Part shown: positions 12,298 through 26,000 of the stretch, piece by piece | Layout of the letters: each line of letters opens with the position of its first letter | Numbering within the stretch: position 1 is the stretch's first letter | From: Utricularia gibba | Taxonomy: Eukaryota > Plantae > Magnoliophyta | Reading direction: 5' to 3' | Length of the DNA: 64,000 bases | Assembly: GCA_002189035.1 (NCBI GenBank) | Contig: NEEC01000008.1 | Location: 2,790,001 to 2,854,000 of the forward strand | Notes under the pieces: generated by a model | Seen by the model: the letters and a program-made list of their open reading frames with translations, nothing else | What the model was told of the DNA's origin: nothing | Databases searched by the model: none | Translations under genes and position numbers: made by a program

Positions 12298-12870
12298 ATG
12301 CAGTCAGATCTTACCGGTGCACCGGAGCATCGCCACCGTGGGAAGGAAGCTCCAGTGCCGGAGCGCGTTATGAGATACCATTCCCACGGCGGAGTAGGGG
12401 CACGGCAGTGCTGCTCCTCGGTGACCCAATCCATCTCCGCGCCCATCTCCACCGTCTGGTCCGTCCTCCGCCGCTTCGACAAGCCGCAGGCGTACAAGAA
12501 ATTCGTCAAGAGCTGCCACCTGGTGATAGGCAACGGCGACGTGGGCACCGTGAGGGAGGTCCGCGTGATCTCGGGTCTCCCAGCGGTTAGCAGCCGGGAG
12601 CGGTTGGAGATCCTGGATGAGGAGAATCACGTCATCAGCTTCCGAGTGGTGGGCGGCGACCACCGCCTGGTAAATTACCGCTCCGTCACGACGCTCCACG
12701 AGGCGGCCAACGGCGACACGGTGGTTGTAGAGTCCTACGTGGTGGATGTCCCCCATGGCAACACTAAGGAAGAAACGTGCGTCTTCGTGGACACCATCGT
12801 GAGATGCAATCTTCACTCCCTGGCGCGGATCGCAGAGTCGCGGAAACAGACCTCGTTTACATCCTCTTAG
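12298..12870 (+). CDS. PYL4: Abscisic acid receptor, PYR/PYL/RCAR family, PYL4-like
   Basis: Intronless START/Bet v1 fold with [22 protein letters not shown], gate SGLPA and latch GGDHRL. The first ATG is at 12298; the ORF track starts at an upstream TTG. Confidence 0.93.
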   Translation: MQSDLTGAPEHRHRGKEAPVPERVMRYHSHGGVGARQCCSSVTQSISAPISTVWSVLRRFDKPQAYKKFVKSCHLVIGNGDVGTVREVRVISGLPAVSSRERLEILDEENHVISFRVVGGDHRLVNYRSVTTLHEAANGDTVVVESYVVDVPHGNTKEETCVFVDTIVRCNLHSLARIAESRKQTSFTSS

Positions 12871-14639
12871 AAAGAAACCCACGCACAGTAAATTCGTGCC
12901 CTTAAATTCAATCGTATATTATAAGCTCAATTCATTTCCAATCCCAAACCTTATGTGTTTAGATTATTAAAGTATTATTCCTTTTATATAAAATATATAA
13001 TTTAATTAAATTGCGAGGGTAGGTTTTGCAATGAATAGTTGTTAAGAGGGACTGAGGGGACAAGGAATGAAAACACAAGGAACGTGAGTGAGTCAATTGA
13101 TCAAACAGCTGTGGTACAACTGGTAGGCACTCGCTCCTTCCAACAGATTTCTCAAATTGTAGTATTTTTTTTAAAATTTAATCATTTTATTTGATAGTAT
13201 TTTTTAAATTATTCCATTTATAATTTTATATTCTTTTTTAATTGTTGAAAGTAATATTAAATAAATTTTATTTGCTAATTTTCTATGACCCAATGGCATT
13301 TGTGGGTCTCTATTTTAAATGGATGTGTTATAAATTTGACTATTTTATTTTTAGTATGTGATAAAATTAATCATATCTAATTAAAAATTTTCACTTACTG
13401 TACGTGAGATAATGTGGCAGTCTTCAATTTTGTACTGAGCGGGTGATGGATATCATTAAAAGAAACATATTATTAAATTATTAAATTTAATAATTGTTAA
13501 TTGACTAAAAAATGTGTAATAATATGAAATATTTTTTTTTTATATAATTATATTAATTAAATGTTTTTAATTTTTTGAGACTCGGTAAATCGTGACCCAC
13601 GCCTTTCAGGCACTGGACAGTAGACAGTTTACAGAGCAGTTTAAAACTTCCGAGATTTTGGTCAGCGGTGGCGGCGGAGGTTGGCAACGGGGATGCCACG
13701 AGAGGATACCATGAAAGAGGAGCTGTGATATTGTGCTTCATTGGATTCAATATTGCGGTTGATCGTATTTCAATGTCTGGGCCTAAAGGCATTTTTCCCA
13801 TGAGCCCTTAAACCTGGCATTGAAATTAACCAGGTTGGCGCTCTTCGTCGTCGGAAGTCATGGTATGATCGTTGTTCTGAGCTTGCTATAAATTCCTGGA
13901 TTCGTAGTTTTTATAGGCGGTTGTCTTCGAATAGGGTGCCGCAATCGGAAGGTCAGATTTTCCAGTCGTCATTTGTTAGCCTGAAAAAGGGCATGTCGTG
14001 GAATGGATCTAATGAGATTATTCCTTTGTTCAATTTATAATTTCCATTTTTCCGATGTTTTAGTCTTCATATGATGGGTTTTTGTAGCTTAAGGGTTGCT
14101 TCGTTTTTTTGTCGATCCAATTTGAGAAATTGATGAATTTTATCTTCTCGGCTGAGGTTGCATCTTCTTTATAAGGAGGAACAGTTTTCTCTTTTCTTGT
14201 GTCTTGTTCTCTCTACGTGTATTTGTCTTCCATGTGCTCTTCTACATGAGTTTGCTCTATGTATCGGGGTTTGTTGACATGCTTATGTTCATTATACTCT
14301 TTTTATTTCTCGATTGCGTCAGGTGAAATTTCCGAAGACTCTTAAGCTTGAAGTTGGTTAGCCATCACGTTTGGTAACGGAAAGTCCTTTCCCTCTTAAG
14401 ACTTGAGCATACATTGCTAGGAAGTGGGCCAAAACCTAAACCCAAACAAGTCTTGATGCTTTTTCTAGATTCATCAAAATCTAGTCAGTATTCTCCCACC
14501 ACAAAAACTTCAGGCCTTCAAAAGTGAAAATCTTTAGTTGAGGGATCGTCTTTTTCCATCTGAATCAGGACTGCTAGCAGATGGAAATGAAATAACTACC
14601 AAAGGAAATAAAATTTTGGTGTTTTCCATTGCTATAATC

Positions 14640-17455
14640 ATGTCTTCTGAGAAATCAGTGGCTCCAATCAACTGTGGTGGTGACTCGAGCCACATACTTT
14701 GCTATTCTATAGCCTCTAGGACGCTCATTCTTTTCCTAATGGTTATCTGGCGGTCACTCCTCAGTCCCTATGATACCTCCGCCTCAATAAATCCACCTTG
14801 CCTTTCTGTTGATACATATACCTCAGATTCTCCCACATTAGGTGTTCTTCTTCCGAAGGTTGGCGCAGCTATTGAGAAAAGTATCGTATGGGATGGAGTA
14901 TACTTTGTGCGCATCGTGGAGTGTGGATATGAATATGAGCAAGACTATGCTTTTCTTCCCTTGCTTCCCATTTGCATTTCCATTTTATCCAAAACTGGTA
15001 TACTCTTAATTTTCTTTGATAACATTTTATGGTTTTATTTGTTCAATTCTTGTGATGGAGGCTCGTTTTGTTTCAGTGAGAGAGAGTAGGCATGGAAAGT
15101 GAGAATGATAGTAATCAATGCAAGTGAATTCTTGCATTATTTTTGGTTTCATGCACCAAGTAATATTGTGCCGCCTTCCAAAAAGTTAATGGATGGTGTT
15201 ATTTTTATCAAATTATGCAGTGTTTGCCCCATTAGTGCCTGTGATTGGATTCAGGGCCGTGCTTGGATTTTCGGGCTATGTTCTCAACAATGTAGCATTT
15301 GTTTTCTCTGCATTGTATCTTTACCGGTAAGTTTATTGTTTTGCTAACTAGGTGTATGAACCTTCAGTAAATAGTTTAATCTTAGCTCTTGTACCCAGTT
15401 GTCCTGATGTAGGTGTCTTACCTTATAAATTTTTCTAATATTTCGGTGAATCTTGTGTATATGTTTCTACTAATGCTCAATGCCTCATGTTTCCAGGCTT
15501 TCCGTTACTGTGTTGAAGGACCAAAAATTAGCATTAAGGGCATCCATTCTGTTTTGCTTCAATCCAGCCTCCATATTCTATTCATCAATGTATTATCTGA
15601 ACTCTCGGTTTTGGAAAAAAAAAACATGCTTTATACAATGGAGAAGAAATATAATGCTTTCTTATCTGCAGATATTCGGAGAGTGTGTATGCCTTGACAT
15701 CGTTTGGTGGACTCTATTACGTAATGAGTGGTTCAGATTGCACAGCAACATTTTTATTTGCACTATCTAGTTGTGCAAGGTCAAATGGGTTTCTTAACAC
15801 TGGCTATATTTGCTTTCGAAGGTTAAATGAGGCTCTTCTGTGTAGGAAAGGAGCATACGTGAGTACCATCATGTGTGAACATTAAGTTGTTTTCTGTTGT
15901 TTGTTATCCACCTTCAAGTTTATCATATTATCTCATTCCACATTATTTCCAGCTGCGAGTGCTAAAGAATCTTCTCGTTGCGGCATTATTTTCTCTGGTT
16001 GTCGCTGCTCCCTTTATTTCTTTTCAAGTTTTTGGATACTCCAATATTTGCAAAGGTAGTTCCCTAACTGAAATGAGGACTTGGTGCAAGGCTAGAATTC
16101 CGTTAATGTACAAATATATTCAAGAACATTATTGGTAAGTTTTCTATTCAATATTCTCATTTTACTTCGTTTTTTGCTCTATTTTCTTGACATGTATGTC
16201 ATCTGATGGGAGATCATGCTCATACAATGATCTTACTCTTCTGCTCTTATGTTGAGCATGAAGTTTGTATAGAGTAATATTTTTTAGAAAATGTTGCTGA
16301 TTTTTGCATCTTAATGTCTCTGGTGCACCGACTTGCTCACAAATAAGTTCAAGGGTAATCCAGACCATTGTGGGAAATGAATCATCTTGTGGCAAACCTT
16401 TCGAATTTGCTGTTGCTAATTATTGCGGATTTAGTGATAGTCATTATGGGTGCAAGACTGCTAAGGTGTTTTTGAGTAGGTCATTTCCTATTTTATGCAA
16501 CATGAGGAGAATAATCTTTTGTAAAATCTCTTCTCTGACCCTCTAGCATCGTTCTTTTTATGACAGGGGAGTAGGATTCTTGAAATATTTTCAGGTCAAA
16601 CAGATACCCAACTTTCTGCTTGCTTTGCCATCACTATCTCTGTCTTTTTGCTCCATTGTCCACTACATGAAGCTCTGGCCTGAGGTCTTTCAGTCACTTG
16701 GCCTTCCAAGCTTTCCTCAGAAGAAGCTGTCGATTAATTCATCATCCACCACCACCTCGAGGAATCAACCGACCCCTCTTAACTTCTCAGAGAACAACAG
16801 TCATACAGTTTCACAAGGTACGCATTATTTTACTCTTGGAAGCTTTGCTGATTGCTACTGTTTCTTTTTATACAACCCAAATAATGAAATCAGTATGAAG
16901 TACAAGTCAATCCAACTGTCTTATTATGAGATGCTGGCTTGTTTGACCAGTATCAGAAAGCACAAATATATATACATATACGCACACATGGAAATGGTTT
17001 TTAGCTTACTGCTCCATTTCTTTTCTCCAATAAGGTGGAAGGCGCCACAGACTGAATAGAAGGGCCCCCACCGGAGAATATTCATATGAAAACCCCTCAA
17101 GATGTAACAAACCAGACAGCATACAATCAAGCCCCGTTATTCTGGTTCCATTCATTCTGCATTTGCTCTTCTTGTCAGCAACAGCGTTCTTCGTGATGCA
17201 TGTTCAGGTTAGTAGCTTTATTTGTCCCAATGCATGTTCCTACTTGTGCACAACGCAAAATATTGCTGATGTTATCTCTAATTCCATTAGGTCGCAACCC
17301 GATTCTTATCTTCGAGCCCCCTTTTATACTGGTATGCTTCACAACTAATGGAGTCTGCAGGGGGCAGGAGATGGGGATACGCCATATGGGCTTACTCTGC
17401 ATTGTACATTCTTATTGGTAGTTTGCTCTTCTCCAACTTCTATCCTTTCACCTGA
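14640..17455 (+). CDS. PIGV: GPI mannosyltransferase 2 (PIG-V family), multi-exon
   Basis: WDGVYFVRIVECGYEYEQDYAFLPLLP, FNPASIFYSS, YSESVYA, SSCARSNG, MKYFQVKQIPNFLLALP, VMHVQVATRFLSSSP and C-terminal FSNFYPFT-stop. Introns are canonical GT-AG. Confidence 0.93.
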
Positions 17456-17855
17456 GCTGCAGCATGACTCTCCCAAGCATCCCATTGGCTGACTCCTACG
17501 AGCAGCTTGAAACTTCACCTTCAGAAAACCAGAAGAAAGACTTCCATCACCAATTAGACTATTAAACATGATTTGTTCAATATTTGTTTAATGGAACCCA
17601 TTAATCAATCATGTAATATTGATAGTAAAAATATTTTATTTTTGAATTTGACATACTCATAATTTCTAATCTATTTTCAAATTCTTGAATATGGTGAATT
17701 TGAAAAACAAAATAATACATGAAAAATTCCAAAATCAACCCATCAAATATATTAACTCTAATCCAACGAAAGAAGGCTTTATGGTTGAATCTCATAGAAG
17801 GTGATGCCACAAAAGAGTTAAAAAAAAAAAGAACGAAATTTACCAGCCTTCACGT

Positions 17856-19517
17856 TCAAGAGGAAGATGGTAACAACCGCCTGATGCCTATTTTCTGCTC
17901 TGAAGTAAGCCTGCTTGGGAACTTAATGTTGAACTTGATCCTAAGGTTACCTCTCTTGCCGGGGTTCTTTGATATCGGCATTCCCTCGCCTATCACGACT
18001 TGTTCGTAGGTTGGGCTCACGATGTTGTTGATGGGTATCAGGAGATTCCGGCCATCGAGGGTCGTCACTTGGGCAGTGTAGCCTGTGAGACTTTCAGATA
18101 AAGAGATCTGCTGGGTGATAATGAGATCGTTACCATCCCTCTTGAAAACGGGATGAGGGTTTTCATCGATGGTGATGACTAGATCAGCGGGTATGACACC
18201 TCGCTGCTCGTTTCCCTTCTCTGGAAAAGTGATCTTTGTTCCCTTCTTCCAACCGGGCTTAATTCTTATTGTCTGGAACTCTTCCACTGTTGTTGGCCGT
18301 CTGCCAAAAACGAGAGAGCAGTTAACTTATCTCTACTTTAAACATGTAATGCTACAAGGAATGGCAACATGAGCTCCCATGCTATGTCATGGACTGACAC
18401 CATGAAGCCTCCGAGGTTTAGAAAAACAAGTTTTAACAAGGAAATGCAATTCCTAAACTTATGGTGAAAAATAAATACATAGTAGCTTATGGTACTAGAA
18501 AGGCTGATAAGTCCCTAACTTCAAATCCTGGTGGTTAAACATTTCGCATGCCTAATTTGACTTCCATACTTCTCAGGCAACATGGAAACTACATCAATAG
18601 GTCTTCATACTATCTTTTCCATAACTAATCCATCTGAAGCTACTACATTTGAATGTGGAGAACGAGGAAAATGACAGGAAATTCCTTCATTTTTCGGTTT
18701 AGATATTCACATAGAAAAATCTAGCCAACAGAACTTACGCATGGCGACCTTACATAAACAATGTGGATCAAATCAAGCCAAGATCACCCGCACATTTCCT
18801 CTCTGTTGGTCAAACCACTTCATTCAAAAAGAAAAGAGGAGATGATGTGAATAAAACTTTACCCACTAGCGTCGAGAACATCCCGAGAAATCTTCATTTT
18901 TCTCGAAGCACCCCTATATAATTCTTCCAAACTACACAACAATGTTGAATTGATTGGCGCAGCCTTCACCGGTGGGATACCGCTGGAGCCTCCTACCCCT
19001 CCAGCCGCCGTCCTAAAGGAAGCAAACATATCATCACCAAACCTATTAAAACCCGATGCACCTGATCTCGGTGCACGAGGCATGTCACCCATTCCTCCCC
19101 CAGACGGACTTTGAAACCCAAAAAATTCAGCAAAGATGTCTTCCGGGCGACTGAAAGGGAAACCACTGTTTATCCCTCCATCGGTGAATCCAGAAGCACC
19201 CGGCGGCGGAACTTGCCCCTTCAATCCCCCCTCTCCATATTGATCATAAATCGCTCTCTTTTGGGGATCACTCAAAACCTAACACGAAACAACAGTTCTC
19301 AAAACCCAGACCCCAAAATAACCAGAAAGCAGCGCAAGAACGAACACCTTACATCATAAGCCTCTGATACTTGCTTAAATTTCGCTTCAGCTGCTTTCTT
19401 GTTATCAGGATTCTTATCGGGATGCCATTTCATAGCGAGTTTGCGGTAAGCTTTCTTGAGATCATCATCACCGGCGGAGCGATCCACCTGAAGAATCTTG
19501 TAGTAATCCACGCCCAT
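17856..19517 (-). CDS. Type II DnaJ/Hsp40 co-chaperone (DNAJB-like), 3 exons
   Basis: J-domain [11 protein letters not shown]...WHPDKN, a G/F-rich linker, [22 protein letters not shown] and [17 protein letters not shown]. Confidence 0.96.
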
Positions 19518-19847
19518 TACAAAGGCTTTTCGTGTTCTTCCGACGGTGTATATTCACGAATCAGAACATCAAAATTCAACATGAATTTCTCCTCTTCCGC
19601 CGCAACCACCCCCCTCTACCACCAATCAACGTGGCGTGCCGTGCGGCGCCATTAACCGCCCAAACGTTCTCTTTCCCCAAGACAAAATCTATTGGATCCT
19701 TCGGCCAGGTAACTAAATTGAGCCAGCCCATTTCAAAGCCCAATTGTTAAATAATTATTTAAATTTAACTTAAATATGATTGAATTGAAAGATAAAATTT
19801 AAAAAATTAGAAATATTCGAATTTTACATAAATTTTATTTTTACGTA

Positions 19848-19853
<6 letters not shown>

Positions 19854-19883
<30 letters not shown>
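19854..19883. repeat. (AT)n microsatellite, about 15 units
   Basis: Direct reading of the sequence. Confidence 0.93.
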
Positions 19884-19885
<2 letters not shown>

Positions 19886-20069
19886 CATTTATTTATTTTT
19901 ATATAGATTCTAAATATTCAATCAATATTTCACTGCTTTCGTTATATTTACCATTTTTCGGCTATATAGTTTTGAAATTAAAACTTCTAAAATGGCATTT
20001 TTGCTGCATTAATTTTAATTCGGGAACCCTAAAAGAATCGTTTTCATGTTACATACTGTATTCAGGCGA

Positions 20070-23000
20070 TCAACTTCCAGGTGATGACTCCTGGCTGTTT
20101 TCAGCCACGGGCACGGGCTCGGGCTCCGGCTGATTCTCCGGATCTTCCGTGGCCGGAGTTTGCGTTTGCGTCTGAATTTGATTCTCGGACTCGGTTTGTG
20201 TTTCATTTGGTGTCGCTTCAGTAGTGACGTGAGTTTCGAGGCCAAGGACCACCAGGGAAGATCTACAGGAGATGTTGATCCTGAATATAGGTGCAGTTTG
20301 TGTACTGCGAAGAGCAAATAATGGTAATTACCAACCTTGGGAGGGATGACCTTATGTGCGGCTGAGATGCATGGGCGACCAGCGGCTCCTTGATAGCGGC
20401 TATTCGAGTCAAGGCATTCTCGAGCTGCGCTGTAGGTAGCTGCGGGATCGTGGCAAAAGGTTTCGATCATGGGAAACAATGGTGTGTTACACGTTATAAG
20501 TGCTGGCAACCAATGCATTTGGTGATGCCCAGAGCTTTAGATGGAGGAGGATCCCAGGGCGTTTACCTGGAGCAGAACACGGAAAGACTGCGGTTTTGTC
20601 AGCTGGGTACACTTCAAGAACCCCACCCAGAGCTTTGGATATTTCCATATCTGCAGTGTATAATAATGTGTATTACTTGGAGCTGGGCATTGAGAGATAG
20701 TACGCTGAGATATGCTGGTAGACACTGAAGTCAAGTGTTACCCTCACCTGCTTGTTTACAAGGCGGGAAAGAATCTCCATTATGAAATCCACCTGCAGCA
20801 GGTTAAGAAACAAAAGGTAAAGAAGGACAAGACTCCGAGCATCCACGGAATTCATGAGGATCAGGCCAATGATACATTGGGCATGCCAGTGAAGGAAGTG
20901 GATTTTCACTCACCAGTGACGGGAAAGCACCTACTGCCTGCAGTACAGTGCGCATAAAAAGTAGAGGAAGTGGAATTTGCTCTACCTGCAGGAACAAACA
21001 TTGGTCTGTGTCAAACGCAAGGAGGCTTTTAAAAAGCTAACACCTTTACTCGTAGAAGTAATCAATCCCACCAGTTGATTCAGAACTTTTGCAAGGACTT
21101 GCTGGGAAAATACATGGCGCTGCTCAAAACAAGCATTGCAAGCATCTGTCACCTGGTAAAGGAGAAGAAATTATTTTTTATAAACAAATTTTAAAGAAAA
21201 ATGATATACAGGATATGCAATCCAAGCAAGTGTATTTATAACCTTCTTCAAGGGAATTCCATCTCTTTCAGGATCAATCTCATGTATAGAAATTAATGCT
21301 TCGGCTGGAGCGAGGAGGGCAGCAGACTGATTGAAACCCTGGTTGTCATATTAGGGAAGAAATGAATGAAATAATAATTTAAAAAAGTAACATACAAAGC
21401 TTGTTCTTAATGCAAAACCGCCTGTGTGAGTCATTTGATTAATATTCGTTGAAAAATTCTCAGGCTTTCAAACAGATAGAGTGGAGCACAGCAGTGGAAT
21501 GGCATACCTCAACAACACGAGAAAGAGCAAGTTGGAACTTGTCCAGAGGCGAGCTTACAAGATGCGGAAAAAGGGCCAAAACCTGAGAGATACAACAAAA
21601 ACTCAACTGACCAAGATGATAATTTGGAGAATAAAGGCACTGCATTTCGAAATTTAAGCCAAGACATTGAACCAGCAAAATTCTGGTGACCCAAATGTAC
21701 ACACTAAATAAGTGGATTAATTTGATATACAATACTCTCACCTCATCTTTAGACAGGAACGGTAATATAGGAATCAAAATGTCCACATCCTGCCAACAGG
21801 GTGTAAAGTACGTTAATATGCAGTGCACCTCGAAAGTTCAAATTAAAAAGCCACAATTACCTTCAATTTGTTTTCATACAATTTTTTAATGGTCAAAACC
21901 AATTCTGGGGAAGGAATTATCCCATCCGTAAGGGTTTGCACAACCTGGATTTTGAGTAACGTGTAATGACGGCAATAAACGAGAGTAATGAGAAAAAGAA
22001 ACAGGCACTACTTGGATGATGAGTCCTTCGCTTCCAAGTGGTGGATCAGATAGTATATTCAAGAGATCAGGGGATGAACCAATGGTCCTCACAAGTAAGG
22101 GTATTTGCTGATGGATTGCCTGAAAAAGTTAAAAACTGGGCAGTTTAGATAAAGGAAAAATTCAAGTCACAAATTAATGTAATGGTGTATACCTGCTTCG
22201 CTACTGCAGATGTGTCTCTATAAACGTTAAAGACTTTCCAGAAAAGAGAATGTCTCTGTCATTTAACCATTTCAAAAATCAGGCATGGTCACGTGCAACA
22301 CTTAACAGTTGAGATGAAAAAAAGAAGTGTGAGAAATCATCTCAATAATACCTTAGTACACAACGCAAAATACAAAGACATGTATTGCTGCACTGCAGCC
22401 AGTGTAAAAGAGGGTGTGCTGTCGGATGCTGATAACTGGTGAGAGTCAGGAGAAATGTCTTTAACAGCAGAGCCCCTGGACTAAAAATAATGAAAAAAAA
22501 ATCATTTACTAAGATGGAGCAAAAAAGTTGAAAAGAAATGCACTATCCAACGGATGATACAATTGGATATGAAAAGTTGCTTGAATAATATCAGGCAATT
22601 GCAACAATCAATTTTCGTATTTTATTTAACCCTGATTGCAGATAAAAAAAAAAGATTAAATGTGAAATGGATTGGTACCTCTGGCAGTTCTTTGTGAATT
22701 TTATCAGCCTCTGCAGGATGTCCTATCTCACTAATACACGATACCATCTTTTCTGTAGCAAATTCCTCGATTTCTCCAGATATGGAAGGCATAGGATAAA
22801 GTTTATTAGCAATCTACAAGCAAAAAAGACAAGAACAAGATTTTGAGGTTAGCGATATATTTCACATGGAATGACAGAAGCTGTGACTTACCAAACGTAT
22901 TGCCTTCATCCTAACTTCTTCCAAATAGTGAACTGCACTCTGTTGGCACATTAAAACAGTTAAGAGTTACATTATGCGCATTGAGGGGAGAAAGCTACAC

Positions 23001-26000
23001 TTCAACAGCAAGAAAAATGTGGCAGGATATTGGTTTGACAATTATTCCATGCATGTAACCCATCAAGTGGATGTACTTAGCATAATAGATGACTAAATTA
23101 AGGCCTTCCAACTGTTATCGTGCCATCTGTGAATAAGGTTTATACCTTCAAAGCTATCTTCAAACATGAACCCCGGATTGGTGGTCTCTGCAAAATTAAA
23201 CTCCAAACCACACTGAGACCCTGGGTAACTCTGTCTCCGCCGTACATTTCCATCTCATCATTACTAGGACAACTTAAGGTTTCCAGCATTTCAAATATAC
23301 TTTTTGGAAGATAAGGAACATCGCAGAGAATTCTACCAAGAGATTTGTCAGATGCAGGAAAAGAATCCCTCAGAGTTTCAGTCTGTGTCCAACAAAAATG
23401 AGTGATGATGAGAACATGCATTTATACTATTAGTTAGATATTCGAACCAGGATACTTACCACTTGCAAAAGAAAAGTTTCATACACAGATGTAGCTGTTG
23501 TTGAAGCAAAAAAATCACGGTCTGCTTCAGCCTCTCCATACAGCCTGTATAGGGCGCGCAATGTTAATTCATGCCCCTGAAAAGCTACAGTGATCAGCTA
23601 TGTCATACAGAATCTACAAAGCATTTCCTCTCAAAGAAAAGCACATGGGTCAGAATGTAAAGCAAGGCAGTCATTTTCCATGAGGTGGGGATAATTAGAA
23701 TTGTCAAAATGAATAAAAAAACACAAAGGCCCAAGTTTATACAATAAAGCACACAAACTTAATCCAATATTTAGCTGAATTCCGACAGAGAGAAAATAAT
23801 GCAGCCTTTAACTACCAAAGATCATAAGCTCATTTACCTCATGATTGCTATAATCAGAAAAAATATGCTCTCTCAATAATTTCCATGGGTCCAGCTCTGT
23901 TGGGAACTGCATTAAGAACACATTATAGAAAGCATTTAATAAGACCAGAAATATGGAACATAGTATGCCATGGTGCTTACCTCCATTCCTGAGTGTGCAA
24001 GAATGGAGAAGCGAGCTTCAGACCCTCCAGCAACTGAAACTTGCCTATATGCATCAATGATGTGCACAAAAGCCAGTTGCTGTAACTGGTCCTTCTGCTC
24101 ATCACTGAGGTATAATACAGGAGCAGATATCTTAGGGAGAATTACTCTTGAAACGGATAAATCAGATGTCGCAGACAACTTGACACTGGTAGAGTCCATT
24201 GCCTTTGAATGGAGTTCTTCAGACATATCACTGGTCAACAAATAATTCTCCACGGGTTTTCCACCTAAAGGTGGATTATCCTCTTGAGAACCCTCCACTA
24301 AATCAGTTAAATTTGAATCATCTAAACCAGCAAAGCTATTTGAGGAAGCAAGTTCGGAAACTTCCTCATTCTGAACAGATAGAACAAGCCCTGGTATTAC
24401 ATCTGGAATATCTTCAGTATCATTGGCCTTATCTGATGTATACACATGTCCTGTATCCATAAAATCTAGGACATCACCCACAGAGGCATACTCACTTAAA
24501 GGTGCTGCCACTTGTTCGTTCAAGCTGCTGAATTCAGCATTGCTATCAGTCAGAGTCACTTCTAGTTCATCATTTCCATGAGCTTGCTGCATCAAATACC
24601 AAGGCGCATGCATTTACGAGATGTAAGATAATGACATAATGTAAAGAAACAAAAAAAAATTTTGGAGCCTATTATTGATACTTAAAATAGGAAATAAAAT
24701 AAACAAAATGATTGATTAGTACAAATGATGCATAATGGCATACCTCAAACTCTGCAGGAAATGAATCAGGTGAGTTTTCAATTACAGAGTCCTTCTCGAT
24801 GGACACTGACTGTGGAAGAACATCTGCCAGCAAAACTGACAAGTGCTTAATGTGCATATCGCATTGAGTCACATCAACATCATCCCCCATGCCCTGAAGC
24901 GAAGTTTCATTTCCTTCAGATTTGAAGCTTTTCGGGGAATATTTTGCATATTGGCCATTACTACTTCTGCTAGCAAGTCTGCTGATATACTAGCGATGAG
25001 AATCTCAAGGGATGCAACAGCCTTCTCACCCTGAGCAACCAATGCGCCAAACATTGCCACAAGCTGTTGGACAGGTCCATTATCCTCAGTGGATTGCGAT
25101 GCACTTTTTTCACTAGGAGAGTTTCTTTCCAGCTCTTCTGTCATTCCATGCCGAAGTTCCTCTGATGGGCTGAGTGATGATCTTGCACGCTTTGCAGCCA
25201 TGCCATCTTCTATAAACTCAGGTCTATCTGCATACTCAATTCTTTTTCTGCCCACATTATCATGCTCAGGGAAAAGAAGTGGAGAGGACTTTTTATCCTA
25301 CACAAGAAAATATTGTTCCTTTAAGTTGCACATTTAGCATAATTAAGAACAAATAAAATACCTCACGGGCTTGGGCACTATGTGTATCATCTCCCTGTGC
25401 TGCTGTGTCATTAGTTCCAACTATCACTGTGGAAGGATTTTCTAAAAAATCCCCAACCTTCATCACACTTAAAGCACTAAGTAGACGGTTCCGCCACTTC
25501 AAGAAGAGATAGAGATAAGATAATTAGAGAGATCACGATGTCAAATCATTAGGGGATCAAGATAAAAGAATCTATAACAATTTCTATGGATTATTTACCT
25601 ACTTAATAGTATTAGAATTAATTGGTTTACTTCAAGTTCTCTGATTTTTAGACATCAGCTAAAAACATGAAGCACAAAAGATAGTGTGCTTGGAACATAA
25701 TGAATTTACCGGGGCTGCAGCATCATGTACACAATCCAAACAAGATTCAAAAGCATTCTTCAATGCCTGATGCACACCAGCTACATGCACGACCTTGCTA
25801 GCAGAAATTGATGGCTTAAAGGCAAGCAAAACTGGTAGAATACGGCCATAAAAAGCAGGCCTCTTTTTTGCAAGAATTGAAATACTGCACATTTTTAAAG
25901 CAAAATAATGATTCATTAGACAAACTCATTTATATAATTGAGGTCAAACAAGAAATGTACATACAAATACGAGTGAGAAAGACAGCCACAAACCTTTTAA

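Noticed and set aside
12304-12882. Long antisense ORFs over PYL4, FLA, Lhcb4, GPAT6 and NPF5
   Set aside because: These are expected shadows of GC3-rich coding sequence.
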